From: Octopus bimaculoides
Lineage: Eukaryota
DNA length: 64,000 nt
Assembly (NCBI RefSeq): GCF_001194135.2
Contig: NC_068988.1
Location: 18,531,314 to 18,595,313, forward strand
Direction of reading: 5' to 3'
Below are positions 1 to 12,599 of this stretch, piece by piece. A model generated the notes under the pieces. It was not told the DNA's origin, searched no databases, and saw only the letters and a list, made by a program, of their open reading frames with translations. A program made the position numbers and the translations under genes. Every line of letters begins with the position of its first letter. Position 1 is the first letter of the stretch.

Positions 1-29
1 TGGATTATTATTATTGTTATTATTATTGC

Positions 30-480
30 TTTCTCTTTATCACAGGTTTTGCTGGAGCTCCTGGAGTCTTGCATGCATAGCGGGCTTACAGCCTGCAGCC
101 TACTGTACCATGCTATTTGTTATTTCCCGCTATCTAATACCTCCCTGATTATTCTGGCTGTGCCAAAGAGGCAAACCTTTTGTAACAGTTCTACTGGGCA
201 CTCTATTTCAATTTCCTTTATATTCCTCTTGATGCCTTCTGATACTGTTCCCAAGGACCCAACAATAATTGACACTTTCTCCACCTTCTTTACTTTCCAT
301 AGCCAGGCTATTTTGTACTTAAGAGGGTTATATCTCTCTATCTTTTCACTTCTTGACTATTCATGGCTCAAAGGAGCATGAAACATCAACTACATAGCAT
401 ATGTGGTGCACCTTGTCCACCACCACTAGGTCCCGTCTGTTATGCTCTAGCACCTGATCTGTTTGGATTGGGAAATCCCA
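30..480 (-). mobile_element. R4/Dong-clade non-LTR retrotransposon, 5'-truncated 3' end (restriction-like endonuclease domain, degenerate)
   Basis: Minus strand from 480 reads WDFPIQTDQVLEHNRRDLVVVDKVHHICYVVDVSCSF. After a stop and a frameshift it reads EKIERYNPLKYKIAWLWKVKKVEKVSIIVGSLGTV...LLQKVCLFGTARIIREVL, with the stop at 122-120. This matches the REL (R-PD..D) C-terminus of R4/Dong ORFs. TTA repeats flank both ends. Confidence 0.8.
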
Positions 481-494
481 TTATTATTATTATA

Positions 495-549
<55 letters not shown>
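481..549. repeat. (TTA)n microsatellite
   Basis: Directly visible trinucleotide tract. Confidence 0.95.
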
Positions 550-550
<1 letters not shown>

Positions 551-1105
551 TGAGTGAGAGAGTAGTGCATGCCATCAAAGTGACACTGAGGTAAAATATA
601 CGAAACCCAATATACCCATCATGACTACCCATCCAATAAGGGTACACCAGGCACATGCATCACAATCATATGTGTGTGATAAGGTGATCTCATATCAAGA
701 TAAACAGCGCATAACATCGCAGGTGTGACCCAGTTAGAATTTTCTTCAGCTCGAGTAGCCCATCCCACTCAAAAGGTCCCTGAATGAGGTTTGTTTAAGT
801 ATGTTGAGCAAAACAACCATGTTTCCAAAGGTGAATTATCCAAACCCCAAAGAATTCCTCTCAACACATGGCTATGATGCTGCCCCACTACTTCTGCTCA
901 TGATCAGCGATGCACATATCGTCAGCCACCAAGGGACATGCTCAACTGGTTAACGTCAAACAACTGACAAGCAAATCTGTGGTATTAAGCAGAACATTTG
1001 CTGTAGCCCATCTTTTATACCAAGAAAAAACAATGTACATGATAACACTCCCAATCAATTAAGATCAGAAGCCATGAGAGCCACTGCCTGGTACTGCATC
1101 CAGGC

Positions 1106-1107
<2 letters not shown>
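550..1107. mobile_element. Unclassified interspersed repeat between two (TTA)n tracts
   Basis: Bounded by TTA tracts. Terminal hairpin GCCTGG-tactgcat-CCAGGC near 1086-1105. An internal segment (caaagaattcctctcaacacatggctatgatgct) recurs at about 20555-20600. Confidence 0.4.
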
Positions 1108-1150
<43 letters not shown>

Positions 1151-3699
1151 AATAAGAACAACAACAACAATAATAATGGTAATAATCCTTTCTAAAATAG
1201 GACCAAGATTTAGGATGGAGTCAAGTCTGGTTCATGTGTTTAGTGTTGTGCTGCGTGTATGTATATGCGACAGACAATGTTCAGACAAGGTTATGTGTAA
1301 CAAGTTTTATATCATCATGTTTTACATAGGTGCATGCTAAATAATATGAAAGGTGTATAAACTTTTTGCTCCCTCATTAGTGACTTTAGTCAGATGGTGT
1401 GGCTAGTAATTAAGCCAGTAGTCTTTGTGGGTTAAAGGTTCATGCTGAAAGAATAGAGAATGATACTTGTGTATGAAATGTGTTGCTGCATGGTTGTGAG
1501 AGGTGGGCTATCAATGCACATCCCTCCTGTCACCCTGTCTCTCTCATCCACATGCATCATGAGAGATGACAACAAATCATGTCTGTTCAATATTCATCCC
1601 TTCTTACCATTACCCATTCTGACTGTTAGATATCATTCTCTCTCTTCCATTATTCCCTCTCCGAAACCTTGCTGTTATTTTTTTCTTCGGTTTTTCAATT
1701 ACGTAGTATTCATAACATTGTATGTTTGATTATTTTGTGTGATTTATAAAAGATCTAATCTAGGGAGAGAAATATTTTTTTTGGAAACAATGAAGTTTTA
1801 AAAATCAGCCTTAGATCCCATTTCCATAGAGTTCTATTTTACTCCTTGTGTGCCATCATCTTCAATAAAATAAAAGTTTGTTTATCTATAGATACAATTG
1901 ACTAAGAGACATGATTGTATTGTTTCACAACCACATAGTTACAGATTTGGCTCCACTATTCAGCAGTTTGTGTAAGTATCTTTTATCATAACTTTTGTGT
2001 TGACCGATAGCTTTTAAGTGGAATTAGATGGAAAGTGGGCAGCATATACATATATACATGTGTGTGTGTGTGTGTGTGTGTGTGAGTTTATTTTTCACTG
2101 ATGCATATATATTTATGAAAGATATAAATCTCACCAAAAACAAAAACAAAAACTACTCTCTCTTGTCGCTCTCACCATTGTAACTTCAGTAAGACATTTG
2201 ACTGTCCATCAGAATCCTGTAACTAACAGCACCATTGTTCACAACTTGCAATATAAAAGATATAAAATAACTAACTAAAAAAATACATTCAAAGCAGCTC
2301 TTTTGATGATATCCTGCATTGTTTTAAACCTTCATCATTTCTCATCTGCTACAAAGTTGCAGCATACTTGGAAAGAAAGGATTAAAGCTGCCATTCACCA
2401 TTATGAATGAATGATTGAAAGATTTCTTTCTCAGAGGCAATGTTCTTATCTATCATGAAATTTGATTGATCCACATGATCCTAGTCTATTACCAATAACT
2501 AATCTTATTGACAGTGTTGAAATGTGAATGAAGGACATTGACTTGCCAAACTAAGGACATTAGAGTCCTCTCCATCTACCTAAATGGCCTCATTTCTTCA
2601 CTAAATGTTATTTAAGTAAATAGTTTAACTTTATTGTTCACTAGAAAACTTTGATTTTTATTGCTTTTAACAAGTTTCTGGCCCTCCCTCCAGACTCTGC
2701 AGCAAAATCCTCCAAATTACTTTTAAATATCTCAACAAAATACTCAGTGGCTTTTCAATACTTTGAACTAATGACTTGTGACAAATAGCTTCAGGTGATT
2801 ATAACCGATATATTTTAAACTTGAACAACCAAGAAAGAAATGGCTACTGGTTGAGCTTAGTGTACTGCTTTCGGTTTGAAAGGTTTTAACAATGACCAGA
2901 AATCAAATTGACAGCAGTAACTCTGGGATTAAGAAGATTGAATTAACTATAAAAGAAAGAAAATTCCTTGTTATATGAGAAAGGATTTAGCATCAGATTT
3001 GTGATAAAGAAAAGAAGAAACTGTCTGTATTAATCAGTGACTGCGATATTAAGAATATAGAATTTGTATTTGAAGTGAAACTTCTTCATATCAGGACATC
3101 AATATTCAAATAATATAGTAGAGAATAAAAGAAGAGGAAAATTGCTGTAATCAATATAAAGTAAGTGCATGCTAGAGGTTAAATGAGAGGTTTCACAAAG
3201 TAAAAATAACATATAAAGAGAATCAAGTTTCATTGATCTTCAGAATGCAGATAGATAGATAGCAAGAGAAAGAGAAAGAGAGAGAGAGATGACCTGCTTG
3301 TTAGGTACTAGGGTGGGTTAATGACTCATAGTTCTTAGCTAAAATCCTGCTTAAGTTGATTGATTTATTTTGTCTGTCCAACGATGATAGACTTAGAAAC
3401 CAATGACAAATAGTGGTTAACTAATAAAATAGATTTCTGTCTCTCTCCTTATGACTACTGCTATTGGTAATCAGGGTCCTCCACACCAGAATCTAAAGAT
3501 TCATGATTTTTCTTCAGATATATACTACCTTCTTCCAGTCTATTTACCATTTACTCTGCTAGTCCCTGGTTTTCTTGAGCTTTCTCCTGAGGCACGGAGA
3601 CTTTTTAATTCTTAAGCAGGGAGACTGGTTAAGTAACATCAGAGCATTATTCACACACCTGGTAGACCTATGTGACACATGTCAACAGAATAACTCCTC

Positions 3700-3885
3700 A
3701 GAGTTCTATATGCCTTATCCATAGGACCATCTTCTATGATCTGACGCATTACTGGGGCCCTTGACAGACAGTCACACCAGGAGAGATTGAACCTGGGAGT
3801 AGTGGTGACCGAGGAGTAACTCTATACTCCCTAAAACCCTGAAACCTTAAACTGGGCTCTTACCATTAGATACAGTTGTCTGTAT
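3700..3885. repeat. Old unclassified interspersed repeat (homologous to 7860-8075)
   Basis: Colinear similarity tatgcctta..aggaccat..ggcccttga..acctggga..actcc.aaaac with the second copy. Confidence 0.45.
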
Positions 3886-4687
3886 ATATAAAATTGCTTG
3901 TTTGTTAGTCTATTTGTTACCAACACACTCAAAAGCCAGTTAATCAATCATGTTCACCCCCTTCACCACTTTCTCTCTCGTTAATTAACTTCATGTGAAA
4001 TACCTTCCACAATACCTTCTACATAGAAAGCGAGAAAGAGAGGGGGAGAGAGAGGGAAAGAGTATGTCTAATGTCATTTGGCTGTCATTTCTAGCTATGG
4101 CATTGACCATGTAGAAAGTATTTCCTGTCCCTTCACATTAAGTCAATTAACAAGAAAGAAAGGGGTGAACACACCGACTAACACACTAACAACAGCATTT
4201 ATTTTTCAGCAACAACCGAAACTAACAGTCAAGTCAAATTTTTATTGAATGAGGACTATCTTTTGTCCCTTAAAAGAATATGGGCTCAAATTTGAGGACA
4301 ACCTGGTTTATCAGTACAATTTCAAAGAGTACAGTTTCCAATTAGACTAAGTTTTGCAATTGTCCATCACAAGGAAAGACATTATCAGTAACTGGTTTAC
4401 AATTAAAGGAGCCTTACTTATTTCATGGACAATTGTATACTGGATGCTCCTGTGCTGGAAGTTCAAAAACTTATTTTCATTTATGCTCTACTGGGAAAAA
4501 CTCTTAATGTTGTGTATAAAGAAGTTTTATCATAACTTGCTTTTATGTGTTTTCTATTTCTAGCATATTATTGTTATTGATCTCACAGAATTTGTTATGC
4601 CAGTAATGTTAGAATCACTAATTACAATAATTGTTAAGAGAAAACTCGTATATCAAATTTTTGAATGAAATCTCATTATTATCTTTA

Positions 4688-4717
4688 ACCCAGGCAATGC
4701 TGGGTACTTCTGCTAGT
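4688..4717 (+). mobile_element. Helitron 3' terminus (hairpin + CTAG|T)
   Basis: ACCCAG-gcaatg-CTGGGT hairpin (4688-4705), then a 7-nt spacer, CTAG (4713-4716) and T. Confidence 0.65.
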
Positions 4718-5069
4718 TAACTTATAAAATAGACATCAACAACAAAAAAGAGGGATTAACTTACAAAATAAAGTTCATTGAAAAGTCACACTAGTTCAAT
4801 GACTCATATGAAATCTATTGTTGTCCAATTGTTATCCACTCTGATCATCACCTGTTTTCTTGGATTCCAGATTTCACCCATTACCCATCTGTCTATCTTC
4901 TTCAACCACTATTCTTTGGAGGGTTGTGGGAGCAGAATCCTCTGGTACCGCCTCTGCTAGGCCCTATCAGAAGCAACTGTCATTAACCCTTCAGCATCAA
5001 GATTATTCTCTCGAATGTAATATTTATTTATTTATGTGAGGGAATGTTTGTCAGTTTCCTTGTCTTAGC

Positions 5070-5250
5070 AATATATGATAACTGTTTCATCTGTCTTTAT
5101 GTTCTGAGCTCAATTTCTGCCAAGGTCGACTTTGCCTTTCATCCTTTCGGAGTCAATAAATTAAGTACCAGTTGCATACTGGGGTTGATCTAATCAACTG
5201 GACCCCCTCCCAAAAGATTTCAGGCCTTGTTCCTAGAGTAGAAAAGAATA
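5070..5250 (+). mobile_element. tRNA-derived SINE family B (5'-degenerate copy)
   Basis: B-box-like gagctcaatttc followed by gtcgactttgcctttcatcctttcggagtcaataaattaagtacc, as in the full copy at 39043. Confidence 0.75.
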
Positions 5251-5589
5251 TATGATGCCTGTAAACAAATGTCACTGACATTCAAGCAGTGTCCTTTATT
5301 TCCAATATTCTGTGAGAACATGTTTAGTCATGGGGCAATGTTCCAGTTTGGCTGTACCCCACAGTAACACACTGAGTGTGTGTCTAGTTAAATAAGAATA
5401 AAAATAAAAAATAAAGAAAAATGGCCATGTTTCATAACAGCAGATTTTTTATGGTTTAGCAAGGATGCTTTAGATGTTAGGATTTCAAATACATTTTGTT
5501 GCTTTTTTATTTATGTAGTATTTATCTATTTTTTTAAATTTCTTATTTGCAGTCATGTTTATCGACCATATTAGGGTAATCTTATATTC

Positions 5590-5591
5590 AT

Positions 5592-5627
<36 letters not shown>

Positions 5628-6139
5628 TCTCTTTCTCTCTCTATCTATCTCTCTCTTTCTCTCTCTATCTCTTACATACGTCTCTCTCTCTCTTACATAC
5701 GTCTCTCTCTCTCTTACATACGTCTCTCTCTCTCTCTCTTACATACGTCTCTCTCTCTCTCTGTATATGTATGTGTGTGTGTGTTTGTATGTATGTATGT
5801 ATGTATGTATGTATGTATGTATGTATGTATGCATATAATATATATTGAAAATACATACTATATGCATATTATGTATGTATGTATATACATGTATGTATGA
5901 ATATATATATAAATATATATATATATGCGTGTGTGTGTGTGTATAGTATGTATGTATATATATCTATATACACACATATAGATATTATATATACTTCCAC
6001 ATATAGATATTATATATACTTCCACATATATATATATATATATATACGTATCATATACATACATACATGTGTGTGTGTGTATAGTATGTATGTATATATA
6101 TATATCTATATACACACATATAGATATTATATATACTTC

Positions 6140-6171
<32 letters not shown>

Positions 6172-6215
6172 CACATATCATATACATACATACATGTGTG
6201 TGTGTGTGTGTGTGT
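5590..6215. repeat. Compound microsatellite/minisatellite (TC, TCTA, a tctctcttacatacg unit x4, GTAT, TA, CA)
   Basis: Directly visible. Confidence 0.95.
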
Positions 6216-6511
6216 ACTGTGGTGTTCTTTTCACACACTGTTTAGGTTTTGATGTTCTGATACAATGTTCAGTTTCTTTGAGATGGAGTCCACTTTCCTT
6301 CATGACTAATGTGCTATCTACAGCATAGATTAGTTGGTTTCACTATGTCTGTGATAAATTAGTTTCCATTATTTGTTGTTGCTGCTATTTTATCCATTAA
6401 GTTTTAGCCTTGAATACACAAGTACTACTGGCTTATTTGTTTATGGCAGGGCAGCATTTGCTTGCTCTATTTTTTGTATTTTTATCATCATCATCATTAT
6501 TATTATTATTC

Positions 6512-7199
6512 TTAAGCCAAGTGAGACCAAAATCCAAGGCCTTTGCCAGGGATGTAGCCAGCCCACTTACGCGTAACATTCCTTCATTGGACACTAAACT
6601 CCACTTGTGAAGACCTGTTGAGGCAAGTGAAATCGAAATCAAACTAAATTTATAGACTGGCAACCATTCCAACGTCTCTTCATTGAACACTAAACTCGGC
6701 TTGCGAAGACCTGTTGGGGCAAGCAAAAGCAAAATCGTGATGGCACCTGTACCAGTAGATCACTAAGAGCACTGTCTGAGCGTGATCGTTGCCAGAGCAC
6801 CGGCTGTCTGGCTTCCGTGCTGGTGGCACATAAATAGCACCATTTGAGCGTGATCGTTACCAACATCACCTTCCTGGCACTTGTGCCAGTGGCACTTGAA
6901 AAGACATTCGAGCGAGTTCGTTGCCAGTACCGCTGGACTGGCTCCTGTGGAGGTGGCACCTAAAATACACTATTTTGAGCATGGCCATTGCCAGTACCTC
7001 CTGACTGGCCTTCGTGCCGGTGGCACGTAAAAGCACCCACTACACTCTCTGAGTGGTTGGCGTTAGGAAGGGCATTCAGCTGTAGAAACTCTGCTAAATC
7101 AGATTGGAATCTGGTGTAGCCATCTGGTTAACCAGTCCTCAGTCAAATCGCCCAACCCATGCTAGCATGGGAAGCGGACATTAAACGATGATGATGATG

Positions 7200-7200
<1 letters not shown>
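6512..7200 (+). mobile_element. RTE-clade LINE 3' UTR with internal tandem subrepeats and (GAT)n tail
   Basis: Starts at aagccaagtgag, the ORF stop seen in the copies at 11530, 16550 and 43110. Carries repeated GCCAGT..CTGGC..GGTGGCAC modules and ends gcggacattaaacgatgatgat. Confidence 0.85.
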
Positions 7201-7234
<34 letters not shown>

Positions 7235-7251
7235 TATTATTATTATTATTA

Positions 7252-7286
<35 letters not shown>

Positions 7287-7299
7287 TTTATTCAGCTCA

Positions 7300-7485
7300 A
7301 AGAATCGTTATGATGCTGGCCAAAATGCTTAGCAGCTTTTCTTCTGACTTTGTATTCTGAGTTCAAACTCCACCTTGTTCGCTTTGCCTTTCATCATTTC
7401 TAGGCCAGTCGAGCACTGGGGTCAATATGGGACTTACACCTTCCACGAAATTACTGGTCTTGTGCCAAAAATTGAAACCATTATT
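7300..7485 (+). mobile_element. SINE family B, degenerate
   Basis: aaaatgcttagc..ttctgagttcaaactcc..ctttgcctttcatc, with an (ATT)n tail. Confidence 0.65.
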
Positions 7486-7504
7486 ATTATTATTATTATT
7501 ATTA

Positions 7505-7748
7505 TTCCGAGTTCGATTCCAAGCAGTGACCTGAACAATAACAAGAAGAAGAAGAAGAAGAAGAAGATCGACAAAACCTTAGGAATGAGAACCCAGGTTC
7601 GAAATTTTCCCAAGACACCTGAAGAAGGCTGGAGGGTATATCAGCCGAAACGTTGTGATATCAACAAACAAGATGAGGACAAATATCTGTCGAATGTAAA
7701 TAATATAAATAATGTACATAATTCCTCATCTCTTAAATATAGAACTGT
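7505..7748 (+). mobile_element. Short B-box-headed repeat carrying a hammerhead ribozyme (second copy 51555-51735)
   Basis: The order GAGTTCGATTCC, GTGACCTGAA, trinucleotide tract, hammerhead module, AT-rich tail is colinear with the copy at 51.6 kb. Confidence 0.75.
7614..7659 (+). ncRNA. Minimal type I hammerhead ribozyme (Penelope-like-element type)
   Basis: CAC / CUGAAGA (7619-7625) + A / stem II GGCUG-10nt-CAGCC / GAAA (7647-7650) / C-GUU, with the ACGU palindrome / GUG pairing back to CAC. Confidence 0.7.
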
Positions 7749-7859
7749 ACTGTTTACTCTTTCAGTTTTCTACTCTCCCAAGCTTATCCTCAAGGTACAG
7801 GCCCTATTCAACTTTTGACTGGACAACTGCTTTGTATAAAATCAGGGCATGTCCATATA

Positions 7860-8075
7860 TTGGTGGGCCAGTGTGATATATGTCTAAGAGTCAGCTCTAA
7901 TCTGAGTCCTTTATGCCTTAACTAGAGGACCATTTTATACTATTTGATCTATAATTAGGCCCTTGATAGGTAAGAACATTCAGGGCCAGAGGAGACCTGG
8001 GATTATTGGTAACTTAAGGGCAAGCCCACACTCCCCAAAACTTCTAAAATTGAACCTCATCACTGAACGCAGTTT
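7860..8075. repeat. Old unclassified interspersed repeat (homologous to 3700-3885)
   Basis: Colinear similarity with the first copy. Confidence 0.45.
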
Positions 8076-8721
8076 AATGTCTTTCCTAGGAGAAAATGAA
8101 ATATAATTTCTATTAAAAAAATGATAATAACAATAATAATAATAATAATCATAATAATAATGGATAAAAATAAAGATGAACAAAACTATTTCTTCATATT
8201 TACTCAGAAGTGATTAAAAATGAAACAAGCTTTTTCCCAGCATAAATCAATTCAGACTATTAGATTGTCTTTCACAAAACACAGATGGCATATTAAATAT
8301 AACCAAAATAAATTTGACATGTTTAATTAACAAAATGAATTCTGTTAACATTAGAAATGACCAATCAATTATATAAAAATAAAAATAAATATTAAAAAAG
8401 AACTGTGTAAATATCTAGGTAGTTGGTTTGTTATATTCTAAAATGGAATCTTATTTGTTAATGTAATACCAAGGATATGCTGAATAGCATCTGTTTATTT
8501 TATCAAATGGCATTAGGCAATACAGCTTTGTAGTATCTATAGCAGCAGACAATAACTGGCATGTTTAGCAATCTATGTAATATGTGGTCTGATTCACATG
8601 GCAAAACATGATTTCATATCTTCATGAAACAACACAGAAGCTTGTATTTATATACAGATAAATCTATAACAACGTAATCCTTGCCTACAGTCAAATATAT
8701 ATAAGATGTGTGTGTGTGTTC

Positions 8722-8759
<38 letters not shown>

Positions 8760-9299
8760 ACAAATTATAAATATACATGTTTACATATATATATATATAC
8801 ACATACACACACACAAACACGCAAACATGTGTGCGTGTGTGTGTGTGTAAATACCTTCTCTTCCTGACCCTTGTCTTATTCTTTCTCTCTTTCAAAGGTT
8901 TCCCCTTCACAATTGGATGAATATTCAGTATACCTTGGACTTTTCTCTGATGAACCATGACTAAGGTTAAAGTGTGTTCTTGAGGAACATTTTTTCCCCA
9001 GGTAGATGGATTTCTTGGCTAACATAATTTAGAATGATTATGATTCCAATTCATAAGTATTTTTTTTTTACTACACCAACATAGTAAAGACAGTAAAATA
9101 TCCAGTCTATTGGAAACTATGACAAAGAAAACCTTTAAAACCCAGTAAGCTAAGCCTGTGTTCCCTAAAAATAGATTATGTTGCTATTTCATATATTCTA
9201 ATTATATTTCAAAATTATATATTTTAAATTATATTGTATATTCTACAGCTAATTTTGAGAAAAGAAATTTTACAGAAACAAGTAGACCTACCAAGAATA

Positions 9300-9399
9300 T
9301 GTGTGTATGTATGTATGTATGTATGTATGTATGTACGTATGTATGCATGTATGTGTGTATGTGTGTATGTATGTATGTGCATGTATGTATGCATGTATG

Positions 9400-9444
<45 letters not shown>

Positions 9445-9462
9445 ATATATGTATATATATAT

Positions 9463-9505
<43 letters not shown>

Positions 9506-9525
9506 ACAGAGGGAGGGAGAGTGAG
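9300..9525. repeat. Compound (GTAT)/(TA)/(GA) microsatellite
   Basis: Directly visible. Confidence 0.95.
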
Positions 9526-9999
9526 AGAGAGGGAACAGCGTTTAAAATTAACAACAGCTGTTTCGGTAGAATTTTATTGATGTTTTCATAGATTATATCA
9601 TAGCATACAATCCACCATCTTCAGATAAAATTTTAGACAAGTAAGATTTCAAACTGATAAGATTTCATACATCAAGCCAGACAAATCCAACGACATTGTA
9701 ACCAACCCCAGAATCGGATCTATGATTTGAACTGGATTTGGTACTTACATATCGACAGTGTCCTACCAATACTGGATACCTTTGTTGTTGTTTATCTAAC
9801 TGTGAACTTCAAGTTATCATACCTAGCCATTTCTGACATCATGTATTGATATGCCCAGATTTTATTGAATTCTTGACATATATAGATACATATATATACA
9901 CGTACATACAAGAATAAATTCATTCAGCTGGGTCACCGTGATTATCTCCCTTTCATTCAGCCTTCTTCTGGCTATTTTGTCATGTTGAACCGTTAGTCC

Positions 10000-10160
10000 C
10001 TAAAAAGAAATTTTTCTGTCTCTCCATTTATTTATTTCTCTCTCCTTTTTTTTATCTCTTAATTGTTTCTGTCGAAAAGCATAGGCTTGAAACAAAAGAC
10101 TTTCCCATTATTCCCGAGCATTAAACTAATACACCTGCTTGTTGTTCATACACCTGTCTT
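10000..10160 (+). mobile_element. Short repeat with a degenerate hammerhead-like core, probably Penelope-like (related copy about 62990-63130, minus)
   Basis: ctgtcgaa-aagc-atag-gctt-gaaac..actttcccattattcccgagcatta..ctgcttgttgttc recurs in inverted orientation at 63.0-63.1 kb. Confidence 0.5.
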
Positions 10161-10164
10161 CATC

Positions 10165-12005
10165 TTTTCATCATCATCATCATCATTTAATGTCTGCTTT
10201 CCATGCTGGCATAAGTTGGAAGGTTTGACTAAAAACTGGTAAACTGTGGGTAGGGTTGGGGGCTGCACCAGATTCCAGTCTGATTTGGCAAGGTTTCTAC
10301 AGTTGGGTGCCCTGAGAATGGTTGCATGCCACTGGCACAGGTGCCAATGACCTGACACCAGCATCAGCTTGACAGGTCTATACAACCATAGTATATCGCC
10401 ATAGGTCTTTGTCACCTGTCACTGTCTTCATGAAGCCCAACACTTGAACGGTACTTTTTACATGCCACCGGCACGAGTGCCTGTCAGACAGCACTGGTAT
10501 CAGCCACGACTTCTATTTCACTTAGTTTTAGACAAGTAATATTTCAGACTGATGAGATTTCATACATCAACCCAGACAAATCTTAAAAGCTCAGCATATC
10601 ACCCAACGACTAAATTATATTGTATATTCTACAGCTAATTTTGAGAAAAGAAATTTTACAGAAACAAGTAGACCTACCAAGAATATGTGTGTATGTATGT
10701 ATGTATGTATGTATATATGTATGTACGTATGTATGCATGTATGTGTGTATGTGTGTATGTATGTATGTGCATGTATGTATGCATGTATGTATGTATATAT
10801 ANNNNNNNNNNNNNNNNNNNNNNNNNNNNNNNNNNNNNNNNNNNNNNNNNNNNNNNNNNNNNNNNNNNNNNNNNNNNNNNNNNNNNNNNNNNNNNNNNNN
10901 NNNNNNNNNNNNNNNNNNNNNNNNNNNNNNNNNNNNNNNNNNNNNNNNNNNNNNNNNNNNNNNNNNNNNNNNNNNNNNNNNNNNNNNNNNNNNNNNNNNN
11001 NNNNNNNNNNNNNNNNNNNNNNNNNNNNNNNNNNNNNNNNNNNNNNNNNNNNNNNNNNNNNNNNNNNNNNNNNNNNNNNNNNNNNNNNNNNNNNNNNNNN
11101 NNNNNNNNNNNNNCTATCACCGCAAGTCCGCTGTCCTAGCCACTGGGCCATTGCGCCTCTACTGTCATAACTGATATAGAAAGAAAAGGACAAATGCTTC
11201 AGTTAATTTGTTTGTTTTTTTGAGGCATTTCTATTAAGTATGCAACCCAATGGGCCAGTTACGCAACATTGGCATTGGCCACAACTACAATCTCATTTGA
11301 CTTGATGTCACTGCCCCCATTAGGCCCAACACTCAAATGGTGCTTTTTACATGCCAGTCTGATGATACTGGCATCAGCCATGACTAGGGTTTCACTTGGT
11401 TCAACAGATCTTCACAAGAACAGCATATCACCCAATGACTGAAAGGTGCTTTTAATAAGCCAGATACATGACACTGGCATAGGCCACAACTACGACACCA
11501 CTTGACTTGTGGCATTCATCATGGCTATGATCTCACTTGGCTTGACAGGTCTTCTCAAGAATGGCATAATTCCAAAGGTCTCAGTCACTTGTCATTGCCT
11601 CTGTGAAGCCCAACATTTGAAAATCGTGCTCTATCACCTCGTCCCATGTCTTCCTGGGTCTACCACTTCCACAGGTTCCCTTCACCATTAGAGTGCGATA
11701 TTTCTTCACACAGCTGTCCTCATCCATATGCATCACATGACCATACCAGCATAGTCATCTCTCTTGCACACCACATTTGATGCTTCTTATGTCCAACTTT
11801 TTCCTCAAGACACTTACACTCTGTCATGTATGCACACTGACATCACACATCCAGCAAAGTTTACTAGCTTCATTTCTCACTCTGAGTGAGAAGCCTTTGT
11901 TACCAGCAAAGGTAGGAGCTCTCTGAAATTTACCCCAGCCTATTCTTATTCTAACAGATATACTCTCAGAGCATCCACCCCTGCTACTGATTTGTCTTCT
12001 GTAAA
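10165..12005 (-). mobile_element. RTE-clade LINE, ORF C-terminus plus 3' UTR, interrupted by a duplicated segment and a gap (10611-11249)
   Basis: Minus strand of 11530-12005 reads ..RIRIGWGKF..RLCWYGHVMHMDEDSCVKK..GSGRPRKTWDEV..EKTCQAK* (with frameshifts), the RTE C-terminal motifs. The (GAT)n tail lies at about 10165-10185. Confidence 0.85.
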
Positions 12006-12071
12006 TTTGAATTTTATATATATATACATATACATATATATATAGAGTGAGAGAGAGAGAGAGAGAGAGAG

Positions 12072-12295
12072 CGTGGCCATTGCCAGTACCGTGTGACTGA
12101 CCCTCGTGTCGGTGGCATGTAAAAGAACCCACTACACTCTCGGAGTGGTTGGCATTAAGAAGGGCATCCAGCTGTAGAAACTCTGCCAGATCAGATTGGA
12201 GCCTGGTGCAACCTTCTGGCTTGCCAGTCCTCAGTCAAATCGTCCAACCCATGCTAGCATGAAAAGCGGATGTTAAACGATGATGATGATGATGA
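12072..12295 (+). mobile_element. RTE LINE 3' UTR fragment
   Basis: Same terminal 220 nt and (GAT)n tail as the other copies. Confidence 0.85.
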
Positions 12296-12599
12296 TATAC
12301 AGCAAAAGATAGAGAGAGAGAGAAAGAGAGAGAGTGAGATGAGGGAGAGATTCATTATGTGCAACAGAAGCAGTATTATTTTAAAATAGCAATTTGTCTA
12401 TCATACTTAATGCAAATATATCACAGAAAGCCAAATTAACTGCAATACTCTTCCTGAGATAATACTTTATGTAGATATACAGTTTTAAATAGAATAAAAA
12501 TATATCAGGAGCAAGCAAAAATCATCCAGCAGCAGTGCTAGGAATGCTAAATATCCATTTCTGTTTTATGTGCTTCATCAGAAGCAAGTACTCGCAAGC

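Noticed and set aside
6700-7050. Regularly spaced GCCAGT..GGTGGCAC modules resembling a CRISPR array
   Set aside because: The spacers are homologous to each other, the block is part of a LINE UTR, the context is eukaryotic, and there are no cas genes.
363-9591. ORFs with poly-I, poly-N, YI, CV, HT and RE runs
   Set aside because: They are translations of microsatellites, with no protein signal.
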